The notes beneath the pieces are model-generated. The model was given only the letters and a program-made list of their open reading frames with translations. It was not told the DNA's origin and ran no database searches. Of a DNA stretch of 64,000 nt, positions 52,931 through 62,540 are shown piece by piece. Every line of letters starts with the position of its first letter. Within the stretch, counting starts at the first letter, position 1. Position numbers and translations under genes: made by a program. The stretch is from Aquificaceae bacterium. GTDB taxonomy: Bacteria > Aquificota > Aquificia > Aquificales > Aquificaceae. The DNA is taken from assembly GCA_041640635.1 (NCBI GenBank), contig JBEPZX010000005.1:1-64000 (forward strand), given 5' to 3'.

Positions 52931-55509
52931 TTAAAGTTTTATTGCTTCTGTTTTTCTCTTTGCCAGCTATAGCCAAGGTAGAAATAATTTCCAATTTTCC
53001 ATTGCAGAAAAGTAACATTGAGAAAATTCTAAATAGACAAAACTATACTTACATAGTGGAAATTCTAAAATCCTTAGATGTAATAAAAGGTGTACACGTT
53101 ATGGAAACTGAAGAGGAAATAGTTATCTATCTGGAAAGATACCCAATCTTACAGAAGATAGACATAACCGGTAATAGGTCAATAGGGGACGATGATATAA
53201 AAGCTAGAGCTGGAATCTATGAAAGAATGCCATGGAAGGATATATCTTATGAAACTATAAAGCTACGAATAGAAGATGTTTATAGAGAGGAAGGTTTTCT
53301 AGATGCTAAAGTAAGTATTGAAGAAAAGGTATCAGATGATGGTTATGTAGATTTAATTATCACCATAAAGGAGGGTGATATCTATTTTTATAAGGGTAGT
53401 AAGTATGAAGGTATAACACTTGATATACAAGATCTTGAGAAAGCTAGCAAATTATTTGAGGGTAGAATAGCCAAAGAAGAGGATTTTATTTTAGGTAGTT
53501 ATAACATACAGGATTATTACATAGATCAAGGTTTTTTTGATGCCGTAGTTCTCTTAAAAAATGTGGAAAAACAAGTCTATTCCAAACCTTACTTTAGAGT
53601 TCTGATGCCTAAACTTGAGCAAGTTAGTAAAAATCCATTAACCATTATGGGTTCTTTTTTTGAAGGCTTATCTAACCTCTTTAGACATCCTGTTGGAACC
53701 TTTAAAGCTCTGATAGGCAAAGGAAGATTTGCTATTCCTGTTTACAGCATTAAAGAGGGCACTTTTTACAATGTGATATTTGAGGGTAATACATTTTTTA
53801 CTTACGCTGATCTTTTAAAAACTACAGAGTTTAAAGATAAGGGTATAGATCTTTTCACATTAGAGTCCGCCAAAACTAAAGTAATAGATTTATACAAGTC
53901 TAAGGGGTTTTTCGATGTAGAAGTAAGCTATGTATGGGATAGAGATACGGTAGTATTCGACATAAGAGAAGGACAGAGATATACGTACAAAAATGGCTTT
54001 TTTGATGAAGATTTGATTAAGAAGGAGATACAAGAGAGTCTAAATCAACTTAAGAAAGAAGGCTACACTTTAGCAAGTGCCAAGTATACAGTGCTACCTA
54101 TTAAAGAAGAAAAGAAAGTGGATGTTGAAATTGTTTTGGATAAGGGGAAGAGACAAATACTCAACAAGTTTTTGTACAAAGGAGATGATAAAGAGATAAA
54201 AAAGATTTTTAGAGACATAAATGACACACTGCCTGCTATATACGACACCAACATAATAGAAAAGCTGAATACTGCTTTAAATGAGTTTTTCTTGAAAAAG
54301 GGTTATATGGATGGTGATTTCCAAATAGATGTTAGTATAAAGGAAGATCAAGACAGTACCACGTATACTTACTTTTACCAAATAGAGAAAGGGAATGTCT
54401 ACCTACTCGGTGATGATGTGTACTTTGGATCTAAGCATACCACATTAAAGGAACTTTCTTATATGACTGTCAAATCTGAATTTTATTCTAAGGATTTAGA
54501 CGATGAGACTTTATCAAACATGTTGAATACTGGTATATTTTCTGGTGTAAAAATAGATACATTTGTGGATAAGGAAAATAAAAGAGTTTTTAGATTAATA
54601 CAAGTATCTGAAGATAAGAGAGGACACTTGGACTTTTCAGTAGGTTATAATACTGAGGAAAATATCACATTTGATATAACGCTTAGTTGGAATAATCTCT
54701 TTGGTAGTGGTATAAATACTTCTACTAAATATACAAGATCGCAAAAGAGGGAGTTATACAGTGTCAATATAATAGACAATTTCCTGTTTACTAGAAAGCT
54801 TTGGATAAAAGGATCTGCTTTCAAAAGTTTTGAGAACCATAAAAGCTACGATCTTGATACAAAAGGAATAGCTACAAGCCTTGGCTATAGAATAGGACGC
54901 TACACTTCTATAGGTCCTTCTTTTTACGTAGCAAGCAACAGGGTCCTTGGAAATACGTACAATATAAATAAAATCGGGGTTTTCCTCTTGAGGGACTACA
55001 GGAATGATTTATTCTTCCCTACAAGGGTACACTATGATAGTGTTCAGCTAAGCTTTGGTATGGGAGATGTCAATTACACAAAGTTTGAGCTGCAGACATA
55101 CTATCTTATACCATTGAGGAAGAGCTTTAATTTCAGCTTTAAGCTCTCTGGAGGTTACGTGAGCAAAAAAGCACCTATATTTGAAAGGTTCTTTTTAGGT
55201 GGTTTTAGAGATTTACGGGGATACGATTACGAAGAGATAGGAAGTCCAAATGGTGGACGCTATTACAGTTTCGGCAGGTTGGAAATTGAGGCTCCTGTAA
55301 AACTTCCCATAATTGGTACATTATTTGTAGACGCAGGAAATGTAGCAGACAATTTTAAGGATGTAATAAGCAACATTAAGTGGGGCTACGGAGCAGGAAT
55401 AGGAGCAAAAACGCCAATAGGACCGGTAAAACTTGAGGTGGCTTTTCCAGCTGAAGAAAGATTTTACAAAAAATTCAAGGTATATCTATCTGTAGGCTAC
55501 TTCTATTAA
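52927..55509 (+). CDS. Omp85 family outer-membrane protein (BamA/TamA-like, POTRA repeats)
   Basis: Signal peptide; repeated Y..xGF..A/V POTRA motifs; FFLGGFRDLRGY; TPIGPVKLE; C-terminal aromatic residue. Confidence 0.85.
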   Translation: MIKVLLLLFFSLPAIAKVEIISNFPLQKSNIEKILNRQNYTYIVEILKSLDVIKGVHVMETEEEIVIYLERYPILQKIDITGNRSIGDDDIKARAGIYERMPWKDISYETIKLRIEDVYREEGFLDAKVSIEEKVSDDGYVDLIITIKEGDIYFYKGSKYEGITLDIQDLEKASKLFEGRIAKEEDFILGSYNIQDYYIDQGFFDAVVLLKNVEKQVYSKPYFRVLMPKLEQVSKNPLTIMGSFFEGLSNLFRHPVGTFKALIGKGRFAIPVYSIKEGTFYNVIFEGNTFFTYADLLKTTEFKDKGIDLFTLESAKTKVIDLYKSKGFFDVEVSYVWDRDTVVFDIREGQRYTYKNGFFDEDLIKKEIQESLNQLKKEGYTLASAKYTVLPIKEEKKVDVEIVLDKGKRQILNKFLYKGDDKEIKKIFRDINDTLPAIYDTNIIEKLNTALNEFFLKKGYMDGDFQIDVSIKEDQDSTTYTYFYQIEKGNVYLLGDDVYFGSKHTTLKELSYMTVKSEFYSKDLDDETLSNMLNTGIFSGVKIDTFVDKENKRVFRLIQVSEDKRGHLDFSVGYNTEENITFDITLSWNNLFGSGINTSTKYTRSQKRELYSVNIIDNFLFTRKLWIKGSAFKSFENHKSYDLDTKGIATSLGYRIGRYTSIGPSFYVASNRVLGNTYNINKIGVFLLRDYRNDLFFPTRVHYDSVQLSFGMGDVNYTKFELQTYYLIPLRKSFNFSFKLSGGYVSKKAPIFERFFLGGFRDLRGYDYEEIGSPNGGRYYSFGRLEIEAPVKLPIIGTLFVDAGNVADNFKDVISNIKWGYGAGIGAKTPIGPVKLEVAFPAEERFYKKFKVYLSVGYFY

Positions 55510-56365
55510 TAACCTCTTGCATATGTTTTAATATGGGTTCTTTCAAATCCTCCCTTTGGAGAGCAAAGTCTAAAAGAGTTTTGAGATAACCAAGCGGTGT
55601 ACCTGTATCGTAAACCTTTGCATCTATCTTTATGGCATATACAACCTCTTCTTCAAGAAGAAGACGTATAGCGTCTGTTAACTGTATTTCTCCGCCTTTT
55701 CCTGGCGGTGTTAGTTTAATTTTTTCGAATATTGTAGGGGTAAAAAGGTATCTTCCAACAATCGCCAAGCTAGAAGGGGCTTCCTCAGGTTTTGGTTTTT
55801 CTATCAAATCATCTATTATGTATATGTCTTGCTCTATAAATCTTCCTGATATTACACCATACTTATTTATTTCTTCCTTTTCTACTTCAAAAACTGCTAT
55901 AACACTCTTACCAAAGCGTTTGTAAATTTCAATCATTCTTTTTACTACATTAACATCACTCTCTATTATTATGTCTCCAAGAGCTACTACAAAAGGCTCG
56001 TTTCCTACAACAGGTTCCGCTACCAGGACGGCGTGACCTAAGCCTAACTGCTCCTTTTGTCTGATATATATGGGATTTATTAATCTGCTCATCTCCATTA
56101 TGCTTTTGAGAATGTTATGTTTACCTGAGCTTTCTAGATGTTTTTCTAAATCTGTGTTTATATCAAAGTGATGCTCTATGGGTCTTTTATGCCTTCCTGT
56201 AACGAATACCATGTTTTCTATATCAGCATGCAAACATTCTTCCACAATAAACTGTATAACTGGCTTGTCTATTATAGGAAACATTTCTTTGGGCATGGCT
56301 TTAGTTGCTGGTAAGAATCTTGTTCCCCAACCCGCAACAGGAAGAACGGCTTTTCTTACTTGCAT
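55475..56365 (-). CDS. galU: UTP--glucose-1-phosphate uridylyltransferase
   Basis: KAVLPVAGWGTRFLPATKAMPKEM, LGLGHAV, GEIQLTDA. Confidence 0.96.
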   Translation of the reverse strand: MQVRKAVLPVAGWGTRFLPATKAMPKEMFPIIDKPVIQFIVEECLHADIENMVFVTGRHKRPIEHHFDINTDLEKHLESSGKHNILKSIMEMSRLINPIYIRQKEQLGLGHAVLVAEPVVGNEPFVVALGDIIIESDVNVVKRMIEIYKRFGKSVIAVFEVEKEEINKYGVISGRFIEQDIYIIDDLIEKPKPEEAPSSLAIVGRYLFTPTIFEKIKLTPPGKGGEIQLTDAIRLLLEEEVVYAIKIDAKVYDTGTPLGYLKTLLDFALQREDLKEPILKHMQEVINRSSLQIDIP

Positions 56366-56366
56366 A

Positions 56367-57425
56367 CTATTCCTCCTTTAGTATCTCACTCATAATTATT
56401 TTAGCAGACTCAGGATTGGCAAATTTTTTTATATTTTTTGAGTAAGAGTTTAAGTCACTCATAAGTTTTTCAAGGAACTTAACAACCTCTTCCACATTTG
56501 TATCTTTCTGCCTTAAAAGCAAAGCCCCTCCCATTTCCTGTATTTCCAAAGCATTATAGTATTGATGGTCTCTTGCAGAGTAAGGATAAGGAATAAATAA
56601 ACTTGGTATGCCATAGAGAGACAGCTCAGTTATGGATGCAGCACCCGCTCGACTTATAGCTACATCACTCGCTTTATAAATAAGCTCCATATCTCTGCTA
56701 AAAGGGAAAACAATAACATTTAGTTTATTTTGTTCATAAAAATTCTTTACCTTCTGGTAATCCTTTTCTCCTGTGATATGGATACCTTGAAGTTCCATTT
56801 TTTTGAATAATTGCATTCCCAATTCATTTAAGAAGCTCGCCCCTTGACTTCCTCCCATAACAAGCAAAACAATATCATCCTTTAGTCCAAAAGCTTTTTT
56901 AATTTCCTTCTTATTTAAGCTTAAGCCATCCAAAAGTTTCTTTCTGACGGGTAGTCCTGTTTTAATTGTCTTTTCCTTTGGAAAGTACTTTTTTGAATAC
57001 TCAAAAGTCACGAAAATCTTTTTGGCAAATCTGGAAAGTAAGGTATTTGTAAGGCTTGGTATGGAGTTTTGTTCATGTATAAAAAAAGGCGTGCGTTTTA
57101 GTATGCTAGCACATCCGAGAGATATACTTGCATACCCACCAAAAACTATACTAGTTCCTTTTTTCACCTTAGGGTAGAGATAGAAACAGTTATTAAACAA
57201 AGAAGCTATAGCTTTTACTTTGTAAAGTACTGACTTTCCTACAAAAGGATAAGCAGGTAAGAAAATTTTTTCACTTCTAATTTGGTCTTCCAGCTTGTAT
57301 TCTATACCTCTCTTTGAGCCAACAAAGACAACGTCTGAATTTAGTTCCAAAACATACTCAAGTAAAGCAAGTGCCGGAAAAAAATGCCCACCTGTGCCAC
57401 CACCTGAGATAAAAATTTTTCCCAT
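56367..57425 (-). CDS. murG: Lipid II GlcNAc transferase MurG
   Basis: GGGTGGHFFPA, FGGYAS, HEQNS, GGSQGA, SRAGAAS. Confidence 0.96.
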   Translation of the reverse strand: MGKIFISGGGTGGHFFPALALLEYVLELNSDVVFVGSKRGIEYKLEDQIRSEKIFLPAYPFVGKSVLYKVKAIASLFNNCFYLYPKVKKGTSIVFGGYASISLGCASILKRTPFFIHEQNSIPSLTNTLLSRFAKKIFVTFEYSKKYFPKEKTIKTGLPVRKKLLDGLSLNKKEIKKAFGLKDDIVLLVMGGSQGASFLNELGMQLFKKMELQGIHITGEKDYQKVKNFYEQNKLNVIVFPFSRDMELIYKASDVAISRAGAASITELSLYGIPSLFIPYPYSARDHQYYNALEIQEMGGALLLRQKDTNVEEVVKFLEKLMSDLNSYSKNIKKFANPESAKIIMSEILKEE

Positions 57426-57449
57426 TCTTTAATAGTTTAATAGTTATTG

Positions 57450-57479
57450 TTGACAAAAAAATTTTTGAGATTGTATATT
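57450..57479 (+). promoter_or_regulatory. Putative sigma70 promoter for feoAB
   Basis: TTGACA (57450-57455), 18 nt spacer, TATATT (57474-57479); AGGAG SD before feoA. Confidence 0.55.
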
Positions 57480-57502
57480 AATATTAGTTTTAGGAGAAAA
57501 GG

Positions 57503-57715
57503 ATGAAACTTGATCAAGTAAAAGAAGGGACAGTTGTTCAAATTACGAATATTGAAGGAGATGACCTAATTTTAAGAAAGGTAGAGGCTATGGGAATAAG
57601 AAAAGGTAAAAATGTTCAAGTGCTTTCTAAGCTTGGTAGGTCCATTTTACTTAAGCTTAATAACTCAAAGTTGGTCATTACAAAAGATATAGCTAAGTAC
57701 ATAAACGTACAGTAA
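57503..57715 (+). CDS. feoA: Ferrous iron transport protein A
   Basis: SH3-like FeoA, KVEAMGIRKG; directly upstream of feoB. Confidence 0.9.
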   Translation: MKLDQVKEGTVVQITNIEGDDLILRKVEAMGIRKGKNVQVLSKLGRSILLKLNNSKLVITKDIAKYINVQ

Positions 57716-57762
57716 TAGTACTTAATTTTATACTAAGGTTTTCAATTTTAGAGGTCAAGTAA

Positions 57763-59835
57763 ATGATAAAAATAAGAGTCGCTTTAGCAGGAAATCCAAA
57801 TGTAGGCAAAACAAGCATACTCAATCATCTTGCAGGTATTAATTTAAAGGTTGGCAACTGGGCTGGTGTAACCGTTGAAAAGAGAGAAGGTAAAGTAATT
57901 TATGAAAACTATGAGATAGAGGTAATAGACCTTCCAGGTATATACACCTTAGAACCTATATCTGAAGATGAGTGGGTAGCATACAATTTTCTAACTCAGG
58001 AAAAACCAGATGTTGTCGTAAATGTTATAGAAACCTCCAATATGGAAAGAGACCTTTTACTCACTATCGAGCTGTTGGAGCAAGAGATTCCTATGGTAAT
58101 AGCTCTAAATATGATAGATGAAGCTCAGAAGTTAGGAATAGAAATAGAAAAGGAAAGATTGGAAGAATTATTAGGTGTTCCCGTAGTAAAAGTAAACGGA
58201 AGAACAGGACAAGGTGTAAAAAATTTAGTCGAAGCAATTATTAAGGTATACGAAAATAAGGTAAAGCCAAAAGTCATAACCTACTCAGAACCCCTGGAAA
58301 GTTACATCTTAAGAGCTTCACAGAGCGGGAAGGAATCAAAAGGTGAATTGATAAGAAAATTATCCTATTCTAAAGATGCGGTAGAAGTGAGAAAAGACCT
58401 AGAAAGAACCATAGGAAGAAAGTTTGCAGATCTAATAAAGGAAGAAAGGTTCGCCTTGGCTCATGGATTGTACAATGAAGTGGTAAAAAGAAAACCTATT
58501 ACATCGAAAGATATGACAGAGCTATTAGACAAATTTTTTTTACATCCATACATAGGAATTTTTTCATTTTTATCAGTTATGTTTGTTGTCTTTAAAATAG
58601 CCTTTGATTTTTCAACACCCTTAATAGATTGGTTGGACGGCTTTATAAATGATTTCTTAGGTCCACTAATGGATAAGGGTTTGGCTATTTTAGGTATAGG
58701 GGATTTATTAAGAAATTTCCTTGCACAAGCTTTTATTGGTGGTGTGGGATTTGTTTTGACCTTTGTCCCATTGATAGCAACTCTGTATGTATTGCTTATA
58801 CTCTTGGAATTTTCTGGTTATCTCCCAAGGGTTGCCTTCATTATGGATAGATTTATGCACAAAATTGGGCTTCATGGGAAAAGTGTCATCCCTCTACTTT
58901 TGGGCTTTGGTTGCAATGTACCAGCTGTATTGGCAACCAGAACCATGGAAAGCAAGAGAGATAAACTCTTAGTTATATCCATGATACCCTTTATGAGTTG
59001 TCCGGCAAGGCTCGTTGTATTTTCCTTTTTTGCAGCTATCTTTTTTAAGAATCCAGCTATTGTCATATTTTTCTTATACCTACTTGGAATAGCAGCGGCT
59101 ATAATAACTGCTATAATATTAAGAAATACTGTTCTCAAAGGTACAATATCCCATTTCATAATGGAACTACCACCCTATAGGTTACCAACTTTTAAGATCA
59201 CGCTAAAATTAGTTTGGGCTTATCTTAAGGATTTCTTATACAGGGCTGGAACTCTTATTTTTGCTGCCAACATAGTTATATGGCTGTTACTAACCTTACC
59301 ACCAGGAGTCGAAAATCCAAAAGATAGCCTAGCTGGAAAAATAGGACAAACTATCACACCCATTTTTAAACCAATAGGGATAGATGACTGGAAAATGTCT
59401 ACCTCACTAATTCCAGCCTTTTTAGCAAGGGAAATTGTTTTGGGAAGCATGGCTACCATATACGCTACAGAAGAAGAGAAAAAAGACAAAGAAATAAACA
59501 TTTCACAAACTTTCAGGGAACAAATAAACTCCTTAGTTAACGCCTTCAAAATTGCCCTTTTAAATACACTAAGTCCTACTCCTAAAGCCTTTGAGGTAGA
59601 AGAGGAAGAAGATGCTCAAACATTAAGAAGCGTAATATCCAAAACTATTAAACCTCCTACAGCGTTGTCTTTTATGGTGTTCTTGCTTATTTACACATCT
59701 TGTCTTGGAACCTTTGGGGTTATGTGGAAAGAGGTTGGTCGCAAGTTTGCTATACTCTTCTTGCTCTATAGCTTTGTTCTTGGTTGGATCTTATCCTTTA
59801 TCGTTTATCATGTAAGTAAGCTATGGATTACTTAA
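57763..59835 (+). CDS. feoB: Ferrous iron transport protein B
   Basis: GNPNVGKT, VGNWAGVTVE, DLPG, NMID, GFGCNVPA, FMSCPARL, MELPPYR. Confidence 0.97.
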   Translation: MIKIRVALAGNPNVGKTSILNHLAGINLKVGNWAGVTVEKREGKVIYENYEIEVIDLPGIYTLEPISEDEWVAYNFLTQEKPDVVVNVIETSNMERDLLLTIELLEQEIPMVIALNMIDEAQKLGIEIEKERLEELLGVPVVKVNGRTGQGVKNLVEAIIKVYENKVKPKVITYSEPLESYILRASQSGKESKGELIRKLSYSKDAVEVRKDLERTIGRKFADLIKEERFALAHGLYNEVVKRKPITSKDMTELLDKFFLHPYIGIFSFLSVMFVVFKIAFDFSTPLIDWLDGFINDFLGPLMDKGLAILGIGDLLRNFLAQAFIGGVGFVLTFVPLIATLYVLLILLEFSGYLPRVAFIMDRFMHKIGLHGKSVIPLLLGFGCNVPAVLATRTMESKRDKLLVISMIPFMSCPARLVVFSFFAAIFFKNPAIVIFFLYLLGIAAAIITAIILRNTVLKGTISHFIMELPPYRLPTFKITLKLVWAYLKDFLYRAGTLIFAANIVIWLLLTLPPGVENPKDSLAGKIGQTITPIFKPIGIDDWKMSTSLIPAFLAREIVLGSMATIYATEEEKKDKEINISQTFREQINSLVNAFKIALLNTLSPTPKAFEVEEEEDAQTLRSVISKTIKPPTALSFMVFLLIYTSCLGTFGVMWKEVGRKFAILFLLYSFVLGWILSFIVYHVSKLWIT

Positions 59836-59915
59836 TAATCGTTGCCTTCCTCTTTATAATTTTAGGTATTTACTTACGTAGAAGAAAAAGGAAAAGATCT
59901 TGTTGTGATGTATAA
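59823..59915 (+). CDS. FeoB-associated Cys-rich small membrane protein (30 aa), missing from ORF track
   Basis: Manual translation MDYLIIVAFLFIILGIYLRRRKRKRSCCDV*: TM helix, basic run, CC; overlaps the feoB stop. Confidence 0.75.
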   Translation: MDYLIIVAFLFIILGIYLRRRKRKRSCCDV

Positions 59916-60306
59916 AACAGAACATTCGGCAGGAGGAGTTCTCTTTAAGGAAAAGAGTGTGCTTCTGATATTGAATTTTTCAAGTAAATGGACATTTCCA
60001 AAGGGGTTAGTAGAAGAGGGTGAGAGCGCCCAAGATACAGCTATAAGAGAGGTTTACGAAGAAACGGGCATAAAAGGTAGAGTTATCGGGTATTTAGGGA
60101 AAATTCAATATTGGTATGTTTGGGAGGGGATTAAAATCAAAAAAACTGTCGACTATTTCCTAATGGAGTATGTAGAAGGTGAAATAAAACCTTCCTTTGA
60201 AGTAAAGGATGCTGCCTTTTTTCCTTTAGATAAAGCTAAAGAACTTTTAACATATAAAGGGGATAAGCAAGTTTTTCAAAAAGCTATATTAGCTCGGGGT
60301 GTCTAA
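59908..60306 (+). CDS. NUDIX hydrolase (Ap4A hydrolase-like)
   Basis: SAGGV, WTFPKG, Nudix box GLVEEGESAQDTAIREVYEETGI. Confidence 0.92.
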   Translation: MYKTEHSAGGVLFKEKSVLLILNFSSKWTFPKGLVEEGESAQDTAIREVYEETGIKGRVIGYLGKIQYWYVWEGIKIKKTVDYFLMEYVEGEIKPSFEVKDAAFFPLDKAKELLTYKGDKQVFQKAILARGV

Positions 60307-60320
60307 AATAAGGTTTAACT

Positions 60321-60569
60321 TTATCCTCTTTTTTGCTCTTCTTCGTATTTTTGCTTTATTAATTCCCAACTCCAGCTTGTGGCTTCAGTTATGGGTTTTG
60401 TTTTGCCTATATCTTCTTCGGTTCCTTCAACCCATATGTATACCCCATCTGTGTACAGTTTAAAGTTCTTTGTCCTTGCTGACCAACGCCAAAAATTGTG
60501 AGGTCCTATTCCGAGAGCTTTCTTAAACATCTCAAGTTCATTAGGCAAAAGTGGTCTTCCTTTTGTCAT
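60321..60569 (-). CDS. Hypothetical Trp-rich protein (82 aa)
   Basis: Clean ORF starting 2 nt after the secD stop with GAGG upstream; no family recognised. Confidence 0.65.
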   Translation of the reverse strand: MTKGRPLLPNELEMFKKALGIGPHNFWRWSARTKNFKLYTDGVYIWVEGTEEDIGKTKPITEATSWSWELIKQKYEEEQKRG

Positions 60570-60571
60570 TA

Positions 60572-62059
60572 TCAAAACCTCAAAATCTTAATCTTATTTT
60601 GAATTTCCAAAAAGATCTTAGCATAGTATGCATTGGATATAAAGGATGCTATAGTCCCTATGGTAAGTGTTGTAGCAAAACCCTTTACAGGACCAGAACC
60701 AAACTGAAATAGTATGAGGGCCGCTACCAAAAGAGTTATGTGCGTATCCCATATGGCACTCAAAGCTCTCTTATACCCAAGCTCAATAGCCTTCCTTGAA
60801 GTATTTCCATATCTTAATTCCTCTTTTACTCTTTCGAAAATAAGAACATTTGAGTCTACAGCAATTCCCATGTTAAGAATTATACCCGCTATACCTGGCA
60901 ATGTTAATGTACCTCCTAGCAAAGCCAAGCCAGCCCATAGTAACAGAGCATTGAACAAAACGGAAACTATAGCACCTATGCCTACAGTCTTGTACCTTGC
61001 TATAAGTATGATACAAAGAAAAACAAAACCTAGTATACCCGCTTTTATACCTTGGTCTATAGCATCTTTTCCTAAAGACGGTCCCACGATTGATTCTTGT
61101 AGGAATTCCACCTTTGTAGGTAAAGATCCAGACCTAAGAACCAAAGCGAGTTCCTTAGATTCATCCAAAGTAAAATTGCCAGTTATCTGACCCCTATCTG
61201 TTATCCTGCTTCTAATAACCGGTGCTGAAAATACTACTTTGTCAAGAACTATGGCTAAGCGTCTACCTATGTTATTTTGAGTAGCTTCTCCAAACAAATT
61301 TGAAGCCTCACTGCTTAGCTCAAAGGTTACGGAAGGTTGTCCAAAATCGTCTTGGCTTGTGTAAGCTGTTTTGAGATCACTACCTGTAATCACAGGTATT
61401 CTCTCAACTAAGAACCAAGATTTCTCGTCAACGCTTGGAAGAAGTTCTGTATCTTTTGTTACCTTAGATTCTAAAAACTCTTTAGGACCTTCATCTATAA
61501 CAAGTTTTAGCTCAAGCAAAGCCGTTCTACCTATTACAGACTTTGCCTTGTTCACATCCATCATTCCAGGCAATTCTACTAATATTCTGTCCTTACCTGC
61601 TTTTGTTATAACAGGTTGAACTACACCAAGTTCATCTATTCTTTTCCTTAATATCTCTATAGTTTGAGATACTATGTTGCTTTTCAAATTCTCTATTTCA
61701 GTATTATTAAATGTTAAAAATAGTGTTCCCTTTTCCGATTTTCTTACATCAAACCTAGGAAAATTTTCATTAATAACCTTTATAGCCTTTGCCTCATCCT
61801 CTAGAACCTCAATCTTTATACCGTCCTTTTGGGAATAAACATCCAGAAGCTTCACATTTTCACTTTTAAGTTTGTTTTCTACATCCTTAGCTAATTTCTC
61901 ATATTCAAGAGATAAAGCGTAATTTAAATCTGGTTGCAAAAGTATAGATATACCACCTTTCAGATCTAAACCTAAGTTAACAGGTTTTAAGTATATAACT
62001 GTAAAGGACAAGACAAGTAGTACCCAAAAACTTAAGATTTTTATATTAGCTTTCTGCAT
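60572..62059 (-). CDS. secD: Protein translocase subunit SecD
   Basis: NLGLDLKGG, RIDELGV, LRSGSLP, VGPSLG, LTLPGIAG, GIAVDSNVLIFER. Confidence 0.96.
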   Translation of the reverse strand: MQKANIKILSFWVLLVLSFTVIYLKPVNLGLDLKGGISILLQPDLNYALSLEYEKLAKDVENKLKSENVKLLDVYSQKDGIKIEVLEDEAKAIKVINENFPRFDVRKSEKGTLFLTFNNTEIENLKSNIVSQTIEILRKRIDELGVVQPVITKAGKDRILVELPGMMDVNKAKSVIGRTALLELKLVIDEGPKEFLESKVTKDTELLPSVDEKSWFLVERIPVITGSDLKTAYTSQDDFGQPSVTFELSSEASNLFGEATQNNIGRRLAIVLDKVVFSAPVIRSRITDRGQITGNFTLDESKELALVLRSGSLPTKVEFLQESIVGPSLGKDAIDQGIKAGILGFVFLCIILIARYKTVGIGAIVSVLFNALLLWAGLALLGGTLTLPGIAGIILNMGIAVDSNVLIFERVKEELRYGNTSRKAIELGYKRALSAIWDTHITLLVAALILFQFGSGPVKGFATTLTIGTIASFISNAYYAKIFLEIQNKIKILRF

Positions 62060-62540
62060 TGTTATTAATTATAATAGATGGTGTTGCGTATAATTTTTTT
62101 AGGTAACAAAAAAAGCAAAAATATCAAATTGCAAGTTTATATTGCATTTTGTGAAAACTTTCATCAATCTTTAAAAGAGCTTTAATCTTGATATAATCTA
62201 CAAAGTTAGGAGCCATCCTAAAATCAACAGTGAAATATTAATTATTACTTTTATTTTATTTTAATCTGATTAGAACAACAAAAAAACTTTTTCAGGCTTT
62301 AAGTTGAGGATCTAGTATTTGGCTGTTAATTACCAATTATTAATGTTTTTTACAGAGAACGAAACTTTAGAAATAATAAGCTAAATTTACACTCTCCATT
62401 AATTTTCCAAAAGCCAAGACTAGGATAACCTAATAAAAATTCAAAGTAATTTTGTAAACGTAAATTCTATTAAATATCTTTTAAAAAGTATCCTGTGTTA
62501 GTATATAATTAAACATTGATTCACTATAAGGAGGGAAGTT

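Noticed and set aside
57460..57490. Fur box in the feoA promoter
   Set aside because: Only about 11/19 match to the consensus by eye in very AT-rich DNA; not distinguishable from background.
60714..61190. 158-aa plus-strand ORF inside secD
   Set aside because: Antisense shadow of a membrane-protein gene with no independent signals.
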